From: a virus
Direction: 5' to 3' (one strand)
Length of the DNA: 64,000 nucleotides
Virus record (IMG/VR): IMGVR_UViG_3300044911_002386
Coordinates: 32,001 to 96,000 of that record
How positions within the stretch are numbered: the first letter of the stretch is position 1; each line of letters starts with the position of its first letter. Shown here one piece after another: positions 28,804 through 38,511 of this stretch. The notes beneath the pieces are model-generated. The model was not told the DNA's origin. It saw nothing but the letters and a program-made list of their open reading frames with translations, and ran no database searches. The translations under genes and the position numbers were made by a program.

Positions 28804-29265
28804 TTAACTGCTTACACGACCGGCATTGATAATGCTGTCAATTGAGTTTAAAACAAACGAAAACACGCCGCGGTCTTTTTTGCCGTACCCGTCCAAGCGG
28901 CCATGTGCCATAGCAGCACATCGGGAGTAAGTTGCGTGGCGTAATCTAAACGCACGCTCCTCGACGGCCATGAAATCGATTTGCGATTTGACACCGATGC
29001 AGTCAGCTACGGTACCGCCAGCATCACCCGGACCCGCGAGCACCTGCGAGCAATACATCTCGTTTAATTTGTTGCGGTCCCAAGCAGGGTTATGCAGCGA
29101 TGGCACGTCTAGAAGATCTTTCACTTCTTTTGGCGTGCACCACTTTAAATACGTAGAGTAGCCATCGCGAAAAGCGTCCGCTGACGCCTGCGCCGCTTCT
29201 TCTAAATGCCGAATGCGCTTTTCAAATGTGCTGTCTATGCTCGCACGGGAAACGCCGTTTGCCAT
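28804..29265 (-). CDS. hypothetical protein
   Basis: 153 aa, start overlaps the sigma stop. Confidence 0.6.
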   Translation of the reverse strand: MANGVSRASIDSTFEKRIRHLEEAAQASADAFRDGYSTYLKWCTPKEVKDLLDVPSLHNPAWDRNKLNEMYCSQVLAGPGDAGGTVADCIGVKSQIDFMAVEERAFRLRHATYSRCAAMAHGRLDGYGKKDRGVFSFVLNSIDSIINAGRVSS

Positions 29266-30089
29266 TAAAAGCCTCCGTAGTCAAAACGTTTATCGAGCAT
29301 TTGCTGTATCTTTGCCGCACGCTGACTGACCGCCCCGGGCGTTATTTTTAATCGCGCTGCGATATCTTGCGTCGACGCACGTCGTCTACCGTTCCTGCCC
29401 AGCGTCATGTCCATGATCATTTTATCGGTCGGTCCGAGATCGTCGTATACGAAGTTCATCCACGCATCTGTTCCACGGTTGCTGCCTGGGATGTGACTTG
29501 CAACATCGCCACCGGCTGACTCTTCTGTGACACGAGAAACAGAACCTTCTGCAAGCGGCTGATTAAACGCACGAATCTTACGAATTCGCCGTGTAGACAA
29601 ATTGGTGTGATCGGCTAGTTCGTCGTCTGTCGGATCGCGGCCAAGTGCATCAGTAAGCTCACTTTCAGCTAGCGTCAATTTTTGAAAATCTAGCCCTACT
29701 TGTTCTGGCAGGCTAATGATGTGTTGCTCTTTTGCTGACAGCCGCCGCAGGCTTTGCAACTGAGACAACAAATGCGTGCGCACATTGCCTCGTTTGGGGT
29801 CATATGTGTCAAGCGCTTTAAGAGCCATGAGTTTGGCACGAGACTTAAGATTTGGAGTAGCGTTGGCGCCACCGTATGACGAAACAGCGGTGTCAATAAC
29901 CGGCTGTAATGCGGCTAGCACCTTGGTGTTGTTTTCTGGCGTCTTTGTCGTTTGCCAGGTCGTGTACAGGTCATCAAATTCCGGCGCGACGCCGGTAATA
30001 GATCTTGGTGCCGAATATGGCGGCGTGACGTCGCCCAGAATGGACGGCATACCTTTTGGGCTATTCGTTTGCGGCATGTTTGGTTTCAT
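29265..30089 (-). CDS. sigma70-family (group 3, FliA/SigF-like) sigma factor
   Basis: Region 2 KALDTYDPKRG; region 3 LGRDPTDDELADHTNLS; region 4 HTH STQDIAARLKITPGAVSQR. Confidence 0.9.
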   Translation of the reverse strand: MKPNMPQTNSPKGMPSILGDVTPPYSAPRSITGVAPEFDDLYTTWQTTKTPENNTKVLAALQPVIDTAVSSYGGANATPNLKSRAKLMALKALDTYDPKRGNVRTHLLSQLQSLRRLSAKEQHIISLPEQVGLDFQKLTLAESELTDALGRDPTDDELADHTNLSTRRIRKIRAFNQPLAEGSVSRVTEESAGGDVASHIPGSNRGTDAWMNFVYDDLGPTDKMIMDMTLGRNGRRRASTQDIAARLKITPGAVSQRAAKIQQMLDKRFDYGGF

Positions 30090-31753
30090 GTGTATTTAAT
30101 TTTTGAGGAGAGCGGGCCGCCGGCCCAGCGTTCATTGTATAACGGCGGCGTGTCGGACCCAGCGATTAAACGATCGTCGTTTTCAGCAGGTGAACGAATA
30201 TGTGATACGGAAAACGCCGTACCTGCGTTTGCGTTTTCAGCGTTAATGGAGAACGAAACTTGCACGACAGTTGCTATCATGTCCGTGTTATCTGACAACT
30301 GCGGCATGTTTTCTGTGGGTGCTTTAATTTTAATGACGCTGCCCGGAGCTATATCAAAGCGTAACTTGCCGGAAAACTCGCCGTAACGCTGCTGCAGTAA
30401 TTCTGTTTTAAACCACTGTTCGGCAAACCTGTCTAACACCGGACTGTCTTTTATATTTTGCTGCAGTTCAGATTCTTTTTTTGCTTTTTCTGTAGCGTCG
30501 GCACCTTTGCTGGCGTCGTTATTAGCGCCTAGCACGCTACCGCTTAACCCGGCCGTCCGAGATGTATTCGATATTTTGCTCATGATGTTGCCGAACCAAC
30601 TCGGTGGTTCTTTTACAAGCACAGTGCCCGGCCGCGTTTTGCGGGCTTCATGTGACGGAAAAAGACCTGGCGGGTCGCAAAACGACGGCGGGCGATAATC
30701 GTTCTGTACCGGCGTGCCGGCGACTAAACCAGAGCCAAAACTTGCAGGCCAGATAATGTCTATGCCGCCAAGTGTTTGACGGGTGTTGCCCATAAAATTA
30801 GCGTAGCCGTACTCGTCAGCGTAAACGACTTTGTCGCCGTCGCGCCACTTTAACCCGCCGAAGACAGGCACGACTTGTGCAAAGTCAACTCCGGGCGACA
30901 GTGCGAACAAAAATTGCGGTGCGTATTCGCCGGTAAGTTTGCTCCAAAAAGTTGAGTAACTAAACGCTTGCACGCCAACTTTTGTTAAAGCATCGTTGAC
31001 GGAATCTCTAATGAGATCTCCCGTAAGCCCGCCGGGGCCGTCAAGGTTTAAGCCAAGTTTTACTTTGTTCGGTGCGGAGCCAGGCATCTTCTCTAAGGCC
31101 GCTTTGATCTTTTTTTCATGCTCGGTGTCTACGCCTGTGGCGCACTTATTCGTGCCCCAACCAGCAATAACTGTTAGAACAGGCTTCAGCACATCGCCCC
31201 ACAGGTCGTTCGTGATATTTGAATACGTTATGATTTGATTGTCAGGATCAATTGCCGGGGCCATTACAAAGCCAGAGCCCTGTGCCTGGTTCGTCGCCGT
31301 GTAGTAGCCCGCGTTATCGGCTACGTTAAACGGCGCCCCGGGGAACCACTGCCCGTTTAACATCGAGCCTATGTTTAAGTCATCGAGCCAGTGCACTAGG
31401 TGCAGCGTGTAATTTGCATTATTGTTCGAACGCTGAAAACCAAACCCCGCATAGTATCCGTCAAACACCATGAACGTTTTTTCGCTCGGCATTTTTTCCT
31501 TGTAGCCATCGGTCGTGTCTACTTCTAAGTACACGGACACGCGAGCACGTGACTTTATTTTGCCCATAATTTTTGAGTGGGCACTGGCCTGCGCGTTCGT
31601 TGTAGCGTTAATACCGCAAGCCAAAATGAGTGCAGCTGTTGGAATCGTGTTTAACGCAAAGTTGCCGGATATGGCGACAATATCGTCTACACGCCCGATG
31701 TCTTCTATCATGGCGTAAAGTTTAAACTGCGAGAATACGTAATTGTCAGGCAT
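30086..31753 (-). CDS. baseplate hub (gp27-like) protein
   Basis: Gene order after the tape measure; C-terminal GKLRFDIAPGSVIKI...VVQVSFSI. Confidence 0.65.
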   Translation of the reverse strand: MPDNYVFSQFKLYAMIEDIGRVDDIVAISGNFALNTIPTAALILACGINATTNAQASAHSKIMGKIKSRARVSVYLEVDTTDGYKEKMPSEKTFMVFDGYYAGFGFQRSNNNANYTLHLVHWLDDLNIGSMLNGQWFPGAPFNVADNAGYYTATNQAQGSGFVMAPAIDPDNQIITYSNITNDLWGDVLKPVLTVIAGWGTNKCATGVDTEHEKKIKAALEKMPGSAPNKVKLGLNLDGPGGLTGDLIRDSVNDALTKVGVQAFSYSTFWSKLTGEYAPQFLFALSPGVDFAQVVPVFGGLKWRDGDKVVYADEYGYANFMGNTRQTLGGIDIIWPASFGSGLVAGTPVQNDYRPPSFCDPPGLFPSHEARKTRPGTVLVKEPPSWFGNIMSKISNTSRTAGLSGSVLGANNDASKGADATEKAKKESELQQNIKDSPVLDRFAEQWFKTELLQQRYGEFSGKLRFDIAPGSVIKIKAPTENMPQLSDNTDMIATVVQVSFSINAENANAGTAFSVSHIRSPAENDDRLIAGSDTPPLYNERWAGGPLSSKIKYT

Positions 31754-32735
31754 GTTTATTCTTCCGCAATTCTTCCGTACGATAGATCAGGGCCATGGTC
31801 AGGCCGGCGAGGCGATACACCGGCGAATTATGGTCGCGCCATAAATTTCTAAACGTGGCGTAGGGTTCTTCATCCCCCAGCCCAAATAAGCCCAACATAA
31901 TTGGCTCGCCGAGCAGTTCGATCGTCGGAATGCCGGTTGTAATAATTGGCGATGGGACAGCACGTACAGTGACAAACCACTGGGCGATAACTTCCGCGAT
32001 GGGCGGAGCCGTCAACGCAATAGTTGTCGACATCTGATCGGATATAAGGTTGCCGGCACTATCACCGTAGATTTCGTGCATTAAAAAGTTGCCGGCTTCG
32101 GTTACGATGCTTGCGTACAAATCGTTTTCAGACTGATTAGCGAAATCGAGCAATACTTTTAAACCTGTGTTTTCAAGCCGCATAACTTCGGACTCTGCGG
32201 CTGTACCAACGTCTGCCGTAATTGGGGCAGCAGTTGTGCTCAGTTCTTGGGCTGTTGCAATGAGCGGGAGGTCGGTAGAGAACGCCAGGGCTTGCATGGG
32301 CAACGTTGGCGTTTCTGTGCCCGCACTAATCATGTACTGAAACAGTGACCGACCTACGCTGTTGTCTGCCTGATAGTCGCCGATAATCGTAAGGCGCTGC
32401 GGCGGGCCGTTTAGTTGCGTAACGGTTACTGTTTTTTTTGACGTGTCATAAAAATCAACGACGCTTAACGGCCAGTACGTCATCCGGTTATCGAGTGCAT
32501 GTACGTAATCCGCTAACTCTGTCTGATGGACGTAACTCATCAACTCGCGCACGCGCAGATTGATAAAACGCGCGTCCGGATTACTGCCAAAGAGCACCCG
32601 GCGTAACAATTTTAGTTCGTTAGATAACCGTACCGGCACAAACTCCAGTGGCACATATTCTGCCCCTGTGTCGCGTGTAATGTGATTGTCTTTGTAGGCT
32701 TTGTTAAGTAAAAGCGTTCTTGCGTGATTAATCAT
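31746..32735 (-). CDS. hypothetical tail/baseplate protein
   Basis: Start probably MINHART, overlapping the upstream stop. Confidence 0.55.
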   Translation of the reverse strand: MINHARTLLLNKAYKDNHITRDTGAEYVPLEFVPVRLSNELKLLRRVLFGSNPDARFINLRVRELMSYVHQTELADYVHALDNRMTYWPLSVVDFYDTSKKTVTVTQLNGPPQRLTIIGDYQADNSVGRSLFQYMISAGTETPTLPMQALAFSTDLPLIATAQELSTTAAPITADVGTAAESEVMRLENTGLKVLLDFANQSENDLYASIVTEAGNFLMHEIYGDSAGNLISDQMSTTIALTAPPIAEVIAQWFVTVRAVPSPIITTGIPTIELLGEPIMLGLFGLGDEEPYATFRNLWRDHNSPVYRLAGLTMALIYRTEELRKNKHA

Positions 32736-33232
32736 TTTGTTGTGTCTTGTGGCGGGATGACATGAAACCGCAGCGACCACTGCCCAATCGGCACACCGCT
32801 ATTGGCCGCGGTAACCTCTAAGCGCATTCCGGTAAGAAACGCCTGAAACGAGCCGCAATTGCTCGCGCCAATTTTAACTGCTTTTTTTAATTTGGACTGT
32901 TTCTTTTCAGCGTATAACTCGTACAGGTTGCAAATTGTCGGCGGCTTTGTACCCGCCGCAGCCGGACCGCATGGTGCTGCGGCAAAAGAAATACCAGACA
33001 CGGTAATCTCGCCGATGCGGTCACCAAACGAATAAAAATACACAAAGCGATCAAGGGCGTGAAGGAACTGATAGTTGCCCTGCATTTCATGCACAAAGCC
33101 GGTCACAGGTAAGGATATAGCGGCGCCGTCAATTGTTACGTTAAAAGTTCCGCCGCCGGTGCCGCCAGAACCTTCGCACAGGTTGACGCGCACAACTGCG
33201 CCTTCGCATGGTGTAAATACAGAGGTTGCCAT
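32732..33232 (-). CDS. tube-like baseplate/tube initiator protein
   Basis: Immediately after the tape measure; YFYSFGDRIGEITVSG tube-fold motif. Confidence 0.6.
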   Translation of the reverse strand: MATSVFTPCEGAVVRVNLCEGSGGTGGGTFNVTIDGAAISLPVTGFVHEMQGNYQFLHALDRFVYFYSFGDRIGEITVSGISFAAAPCGPAAAGTKPPTICNLYELYAEKKQSKLKKAVKIGASNCGSFQAFLTGMRLEVTAANSGVPIGQWSLRFHVIPPQDTTK

Positions 33233-33242
33233 TTTCGACTCG

Positions 33243-36200
33243 TCAGGTTTTTGCGATTGTTATACCGCCAGGGTTGGTTTGCATTTGAGGCATGGTGGCT
33301 GTCAGGATTGCCCAGTCGAGCCCTACGATATTTAAGCGCCCTGTAATTTGGGTTGTGCCGCCGTCTTTACCTGCCGGTGTCGGGGCTGGTGGTGGCGTAG
33401 CCGCAACATTTGTTCCCGCAGTTTTTGCCTGGGCCACTTGTGCCGCGGAGTCTTGCACTCCTGGCTGCTCACCCGCTGTGGGTTTTTGTGCTTTAATGAC
33501 AGCAATTAGCTCGGTGAACGATTTGTTAAGTTCGCCGGCGGTCGTGGCCAGCAACTTGAACGACTCGTCAGTTGCCGCCGCAGTGTCTGCGGTTTTTTTC
33601 GTGCCGGCCTTATCGTCGACTTGTTCGCCCGTCGGCTGCCCGCTCGCCTCGCGGGCCTCTTTAACTTCCCGCTGCCGCGCGGTGTAATCTAGTACTTCTT
33701 TTTTCTTGTCGTCGCTTAAACCTAACGTGTCTAACTGCTTCAAGAACGCGTCAGAGTGTTTGCCGTCTGCACCTTTCTCTAAACTAGCGGTTACTAACTG
33801 TTCTAGTTTTTCGCCTTTTAGCGTGCCACCGGTAGCGTCTTCTAATACAGCTGCCGTGCCGCGTCGCTGATCTTCGACGGTCGCACCGATAATGCCCGCG
33901 GCCTTACGATCTTCGCGATCTGCTTTTCGGCGATTCTCCGCGATCTCGGCCTCTGTTTTACCGCGGCCTTTGCCCACCTCTGTCTCGGCGGCACTGCGCA
34001 TCTGCCCGACGGTATACTGCCCCTTATCGAGCAGATCTTGTTCACGTAAGCCGACTTCTTTAGACAGGTCAACGCCGGACGCCGACAACTCTTGTATCAT
34101 CTCGTCGTTTGTACGGCCGGTACGATCGCTGAATTTTCTTGAATAGACGGCTTTTAATTTAGCGTCGTCCATGCCTTTTAATGCTTCGGCACGTTTTGCT
34201 GATAGTTCCTGTTCGGTCACCAGCCCGTCGGCTTTCTCAAACCGCTTATCGCGGCGAGCGGCGATTGCACGGAGTTCTTCAGCCGCCGCGGCGCTTTCTT
34301 TTTTGTCGCCTGACCGGGTCTTCTGTTCGAGATCGTCTAGGTGCCGAGTGGTGACAAGGTGTTGATTTCCCGCGTCCCGCGAGGCGTTTAACTGCGGCAT
34401 CAGTTGGTCGGCCAGCGTCTCCCTAAACTTTTGATCGGGGATTATGCCAGCCAACTCTTTAATCAGGTTTTCTTTCGTAACGGCTTCGCCAGTCATACCG
34501 GTCTCAGCCAGATAATCCGACAGTCGGCCGAGCGGTGAACTATCTAATCCAAAGCCAAGCTTATATCGGCGATCGGCTTCTTCTTTTCGGGCTGTCTGTG
34601 CGTTGGCAAATTGTGCTTGCTGATCCTTGCTAAAAAGTTGATATGTGGCCACAGTGCCGCGGCCAGTTAACTGCTCAGACGAGGTGTTGAAACCCGCCAG
34701 CCGTGACTGCAGTGTTTGGTCGCGGCGATTTGGGTCATCGCCCAAGATTCCACGCACCGCGAACTCTGCTTGTTTGTTGGCTTCTGCACGGGCAGCGTCA
34801 TCGATCGTAATGCCTTGGCGCTCGGCGTCTGCGATTAATGCTGCCGCAAACTCATCTTTGATTGTCTTATTGATGTGATCGACGCGCTCTTTTTCGTCCA
34901 TGTGTGCGGTGTCAAGTGCTATCTCCGCAAACTTAGTGGCGATAACATTACGACCACGCACTGCCGCAGCGTCGCGACCATCGAGTTTATTGTCCGGGTC
35001 TTTGATATTGTCGAGGCCCTGTGCCAAGAATCCGCCAAACGCGTTACCACCCACACGCTCTAAATATTCTTGCCGCATGGTTCGCATGGCAGCACCCGAC
35101 TGGCTGTACTCCATGGTGGCCGAGTCAGCATGTAACGTCATGAACTCTTGATGCGTCATGCCGCCGGTTGCCGCAATACGCGACGCCTCTCGGAAGCCGC
35201 CGGTGCCAAGTTGCTCGTAAATATTGCCGGTTTTTACAACGTTACCGCTAGCGTCTTTAACTTCGTAGTTACCGTCGCCGCCTTCCTTGAGCGAATTAAC
35301 AGCTGCTTCCAATTCTGTGCCGGCATACTTGCTCGGATCTAACTCGTACGCACGGACCAATGCGGCGACAGACTTGGCGTTTGACGAGCCTTCGCCGCGG
35401 GCGGCCAACATGCCCGCCTGCTGTAACGCCTCTTCTTGGCTCATTGCGCCGTAGCGTTCAATAGATAATGCACCGCTCTGTCGCATTGACTGCACCATAG
35501 TTAGTGCTTCATTGACGGCATTCATTTTTGACGGGCCGGACAATCCAAGTGTGTCGCCGTACGCGCCCACAGATGCGGAGAAGCCTGCCAACTGGTCAAA
35601 GCCCATGCCGATCTCTTTAGCTGTCCCGCGCATCTCACGCATAATGCCAGCAACTCTTCCCGCGCCGACTTGGTGCATCGAGCCATGGCTTAAGTGATCG
35701 AGAGCCGCAAGCAGGGCGGGCACGGGAGCGTTTGGATTACCGCTGTCTCCGAAAATCTCTCTAATCGCGGCTAATGCTTCTGTGTGCTTTTTGACCGCAT
35801 TACCCGCTTTACTTGCGTCGACCTGGTTAGCGACGACGTCCATGCCTTCAAGTTGCAGTAAATCTTCAGGGTTCGCCGTGCCGACAGCGCCCTTTAACTG
35901 CGACATATTAAATCGCAGTTGACCTTTGAAGTCTTCCGTGTTGTCATCAAGCACTTTATTTTGTTTAACGATATCTGTGCCTGCGGCTCTGAACGCGGCA
36001 CCGGCGTCTGAATTACGGCCACCGCCTTCTGTTAAATAGTGTCGCCCATATTCTTTGGCGAGCCTGGTAAGCGTCTCGTCATCCATATTTTGATCGGCCA
36101 GCACTTTGACGCGCTCAGCCGGCGACAAGGCGCCGATGCTTTGCGGTAACAAACCTTTTTGAAATAAGTTCTCAGTGACTGTTGCCGCCTGTGACGCGGA

Positions 36201-37115
36201 GAAGCCGTGCATGCTATCAAGCCCGGCACGCTTTGCTTTTCGCTCCATACCGCCGAACGTCACCTCGTCTGCCGAAAGAACGTTGGCGTCATTTACAGCA
36301 CGATCAAATTTTGTAAGGGCTGCCGCTTTATCGGTTACTGTTGTCGCGGTGCCGCTTGGCTGATATCGCTTATACAGATCATTTACGCGGTCTTCTCCCT
36401 GATCGATAAGACGCTGGCTTACTTCGTCGTCGCGTACAATTCTTGAACTCTCAGCACGAGCGGCTTTTTGTAACGCTGCAGTCTGAGTTGGATCACCTGC
36501 CCGAGCATCGGCCACCATTTTTTCTACGTCCCCGGCAGGTTCGTACATAGTCGCGTACATACCGCGGGAAAAAGACTCTAGCGACCGGGCACTCATTTTT
36601 TTCGCGCCAGTAAGTGCGTCAGGCCGGTAATACCCAATACGGTTCGCGGCAGCGGCCATAGCCATGGGGTCGCCGGCACTGCCGAACATAATTTGCTCAA
36701 GATTCTCAGGGCCGACCATCATGCCCACCAGACCTTTAACTGTGGGGTCGTTTAACATTTGGGCCATGTTTAAAGCCTGGCCTCGATTTAAATCAGAGGC
36801 CGGCTTGTCAGTAACCATGCCGCGGGTGCCTAATAGCACATTGGCAAACCGCTGGTCACCTGCGGCGTTTGTTCTGTATAAATTTTGCTGGCTGCGGTTA
36901 AAGTACTCCCGCATTATGAACTGGTCGGCTTTGGCCTGCCCGGGGAACTGATGCGGCAAAAAATTGGTGGGGCCAGCAAATTGCTGCAAATAACTCGTCA
37001 TTAACGGGCCCGCAATAGCACCAAAGCCAGACGGGTTAAAACCCATGCTCATAGCCGGGTTGTAGGGTGCGGCGTATGTCCACGGCACGGGGCCGGGTGC
37101 TTGGAACCCATTCAT
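33243..37115 (-). CDS. tape measure protein
   Basis: 1290 aa, Ala/Gly-rich and helical, directly after the chaperone pair. Confidence 0.75.
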   Translation of the reverse strand: MNGFQAPGPVPWTYAAPYNPAMSMGFNPSGFGAIAGPLMTSYLQQFAGPTNFLPHQFPGQAKADQFIMREYFNRSQQNLYRTNAAGDQRFANVLLGTRGMVTDKPASDLNRGQALNMAQMLNDPTVKGLVGMMVGPENLEQIMFGSAGDPMAMAAAANRIGYYRPDALTGAKKMSARSLESFSRGMYATMYEPAGDVEKMVADARAGDPTQTAALQKAARAESSRIVRDDEVSQRLIDQGEDRVNDLYKRYQPSGTATTVTDKAAALTKFDRAVNDANVLSADEVTFGGMERKAKRAGLDSMHGFSASQAATVTENLFQKGLLPQSIGALSPAERVKVLADQNMDDETLTRLAKEYGRHYLTEGGGRNSDAGAAFRAAGTDIVKQNKVLDDNTEDFKGQLRFNMSQLKGAVGTANPEDLLQLEGMDVVANQVDASKAGNAVKKHTEALAAIREIFGDSGNPNAPVPALLAALDHLSHGSMHQVGAGRVAGIMREMRGTAKEIGMGFDQLAGFSASVGAYGDTLGLSGPSKMNAVNEALTMVQSMRQSGALSIERYGAMSQEEALQQAGMLAARGEGSSNAKSVAALVRAYELDPSKYAGTELEAAVNSLKEGGDGNYEVKDASGNVVKTGNIYEQLGTGGFREASRIAATGGMTHQEFMTLHADSATMEYSQSGAAMRTMRQEYLERVGGNAFGGFLAQGLDNIKDPDNKLDGRDAAAVRGRNVIATKFAEIALDTAHMDEKERVDHINKTIKDEFAAALIADAERQGITIDDAARAEANKQAEFAVRGILGDDPNRRDQTLQSRLAGFNTSSEQLTGRGTVATYQLFSKDQQAQFANAQTARKEEADRRYKLGFGLDSSPLGRLSDYLAETGMTGEAVTKENLIKELAGIIPDQKFRETLADQLMPQLNASRDAGNQHLVTTRHLDDLEQKTRSGDKKESAAAAEELRAIAARRDKRFEKADGLVTEQELSAKRAEALKGMDDAKLKAVYSRKFSDRTGRTNDEMIQELSASGVDLSKEVGLREQDLLDKGQYTVGQMRSAAETEVGKGRGKTEAEIAENRRKADREDRKAAGIIGATVEDQRRGTAAVLEDATGGTLKGEKLEQLVTASLEKGADGKHSDAFLKQLDTLGLSDDKKKEVLDYTARQREVKEAREASGQPTGEQVDDKAGTKKTADTAAATDESFKLLATTAGELNKSFTELIAVIKAQKPTAGEQPGVQDSAAQVAQAKTAGTNVAATPPPAPTPAGKDGGTTQITGRLNIVGLDWAILTATMPQMQTNPGGITIAKT

Positions 37116-37507
37116 TTTTGTTCGTCTCCGCCGCCAAATTCGCGCTTATATTGCTCTACAAGTTTCTGCGTTTCTGCATCTAACATTGTATCGTTTTGAA
37201 GCAGTTGTTTAGGCTCAGTCTTTTCGACCCACGGCAAAATTAACTCCTGCAGGCGGTCGAGGGCCTCGTTCGCCTGGCTTTTTACGGAGTCAAAGCTTTC
37301 TGGCGTGAGCCGGCCGTGCGATATGTACGCCAGCCACTGCTGGTGTATCGCCGTGTGGATCTGCAGATCCTCTTGGCGCTGTATTTCACGCAGCACCAGG
37401 TTTTGCTTTAACCGCCAGTTTCTGTCCGTGGGATCGGCTCGGGAGTAGTCAATTGCCCCCGATACTGCAGCCCGCACCATGTAGGCTGCTATTCGATCCC
37501 GGTCCAA
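37112..37507 (-). CDS. tail assembly chaperone, second ORF (possible frameshift extension)
   Basis: Lies in the -1 frame, overlapping the end of the preceding gene; precedes the tape measure. Confidence 0.55.
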   Translation of the reverse strand: MDRDRIAAYMVRAAVSGAIDYSRADPTDRNWRLKQNLVLREIQRQEDLQIHTAIHQQWLAYISHGRLTPESFDSVKSQANEALDRLQELILPWVEKTEPKQLLQNDTMLDAETQKLVEQYKREFGGGDEQK

Positions 37508-38496
37508 AAACTTGGTTCTAACGCCATGGCTTCAAGTGCCTCAACAAGCCGCTGAAATTGTCGGAGGTGCGTTCCGACAAGCCGCTTGGTGACTTCTTGT
37601 GCCAATACTTTTGTATTTACGTAATCCAGCGTTGCTACTAATGGTGTCGCCAGCGGGTTGTCCTTGTCAGGCGTAAACGGCATTTCAGCCATCTCCGGCA
37701 CGACCGAGATTAATTTGCCGTCTTTATCGGCAAGGCTCTCTACGGAACAAGCCAGCCGGTAGTCCATCATCTGCGCGAACCACTCCGCCTCAGAGTTAAC
37801 AACCCCCTGCTGCTGGTCGATAATTAACTGCTTATAAATGGCTTTGGTTTCTTCTGTCAGAAGTGCCCGTAGCGTCACCCTGAGTTTCCCGCCAAAGAGC
37901 TCAAAAGTTCGTTTAAATCGCGTGTTGCCCAGCAGGCAAGCCACAAAATCTTCTTTGTCCCTGTCGGTAGCGTTTACGTCATACTTCTGTCGCATGTCCC
38001 AGCCACAGCGCGGGCAAAACGGCATAAAGGCCATTGCCGGCATCAGGGCCTCGTCCACTGAATCGGGCACTACAGGTGCCTCTGGCTGCGGTGCGGGCTT
38101 TGGTGCCGGGGCTGCCTCTGCTGCTGGAGTGGAAGCCATCGTCGCCCGGTCATCTACGATTTGCGGGCCTAAAATTTGTTCAACGGCCGCGGCGACATTC
38201 GGCGCCATACCCTCGGTTACGCTTTGTAGTTCTTTCTGTCGCGCCTGCCGTGCCTTTTCTTTGTCGCCAATGACGCGGGCTTCGGCGAGCATCGCGTTCA
38301 CCTGTGCGACGGCCTCGGCAGGCATTTTTTCAGCGTCTATCAACACGTCAGTGCGCGAGGACGCTGGAATCGTTTCTTTAGTTTTCAACAGAAAATCGCC
38401 AAGCGTCGCCGGGATTGGATCGCCGTCTTTCCAATTAAACTGCAGCAGCGTTTTTTTTGTGAAATCCGACAGGTACGGGTTTTCAACCAGTTCCAT
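37489..38496 (-). CDS. tail assembly chaperone
   Basis: CPRC motif; F.RTFELFGGKLRVTLRAL; position upstream of the tape measure. Confidence 0.6.
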   Translation of the reverse strand: MELVENPYLSDFTKKTLLQFNWKDGDPIPATLGDFLLKTKETIPASSRTDVLIDAEKMPAEAVAQVNAMLAEARVIGDKEKARQARQKELQSVTEGMAPNVAAAVEQILGPQIVDDRATMASTPAAEAAPAPKPAPQPEAPVVPDSVDEALMPAMAFMPFCPRCGWDMRQKYDVNATDRDKEDFVACLLGNTRFKRTFELFGGKLRVTLRALLTEETKAIYKQLIIDQQQGVVNSEAEWFAQMMDYRLACSVESLADKDGKLISVVPEMAEMPFTPDKDNPLATPLVATLDYVNTKVLAQEVTKRLVGTHLRQFQRLVEALEAMALEPSFWTGIE

Positions 38497-38511
38497 GTTT
38501 GCTCCTCGTTA

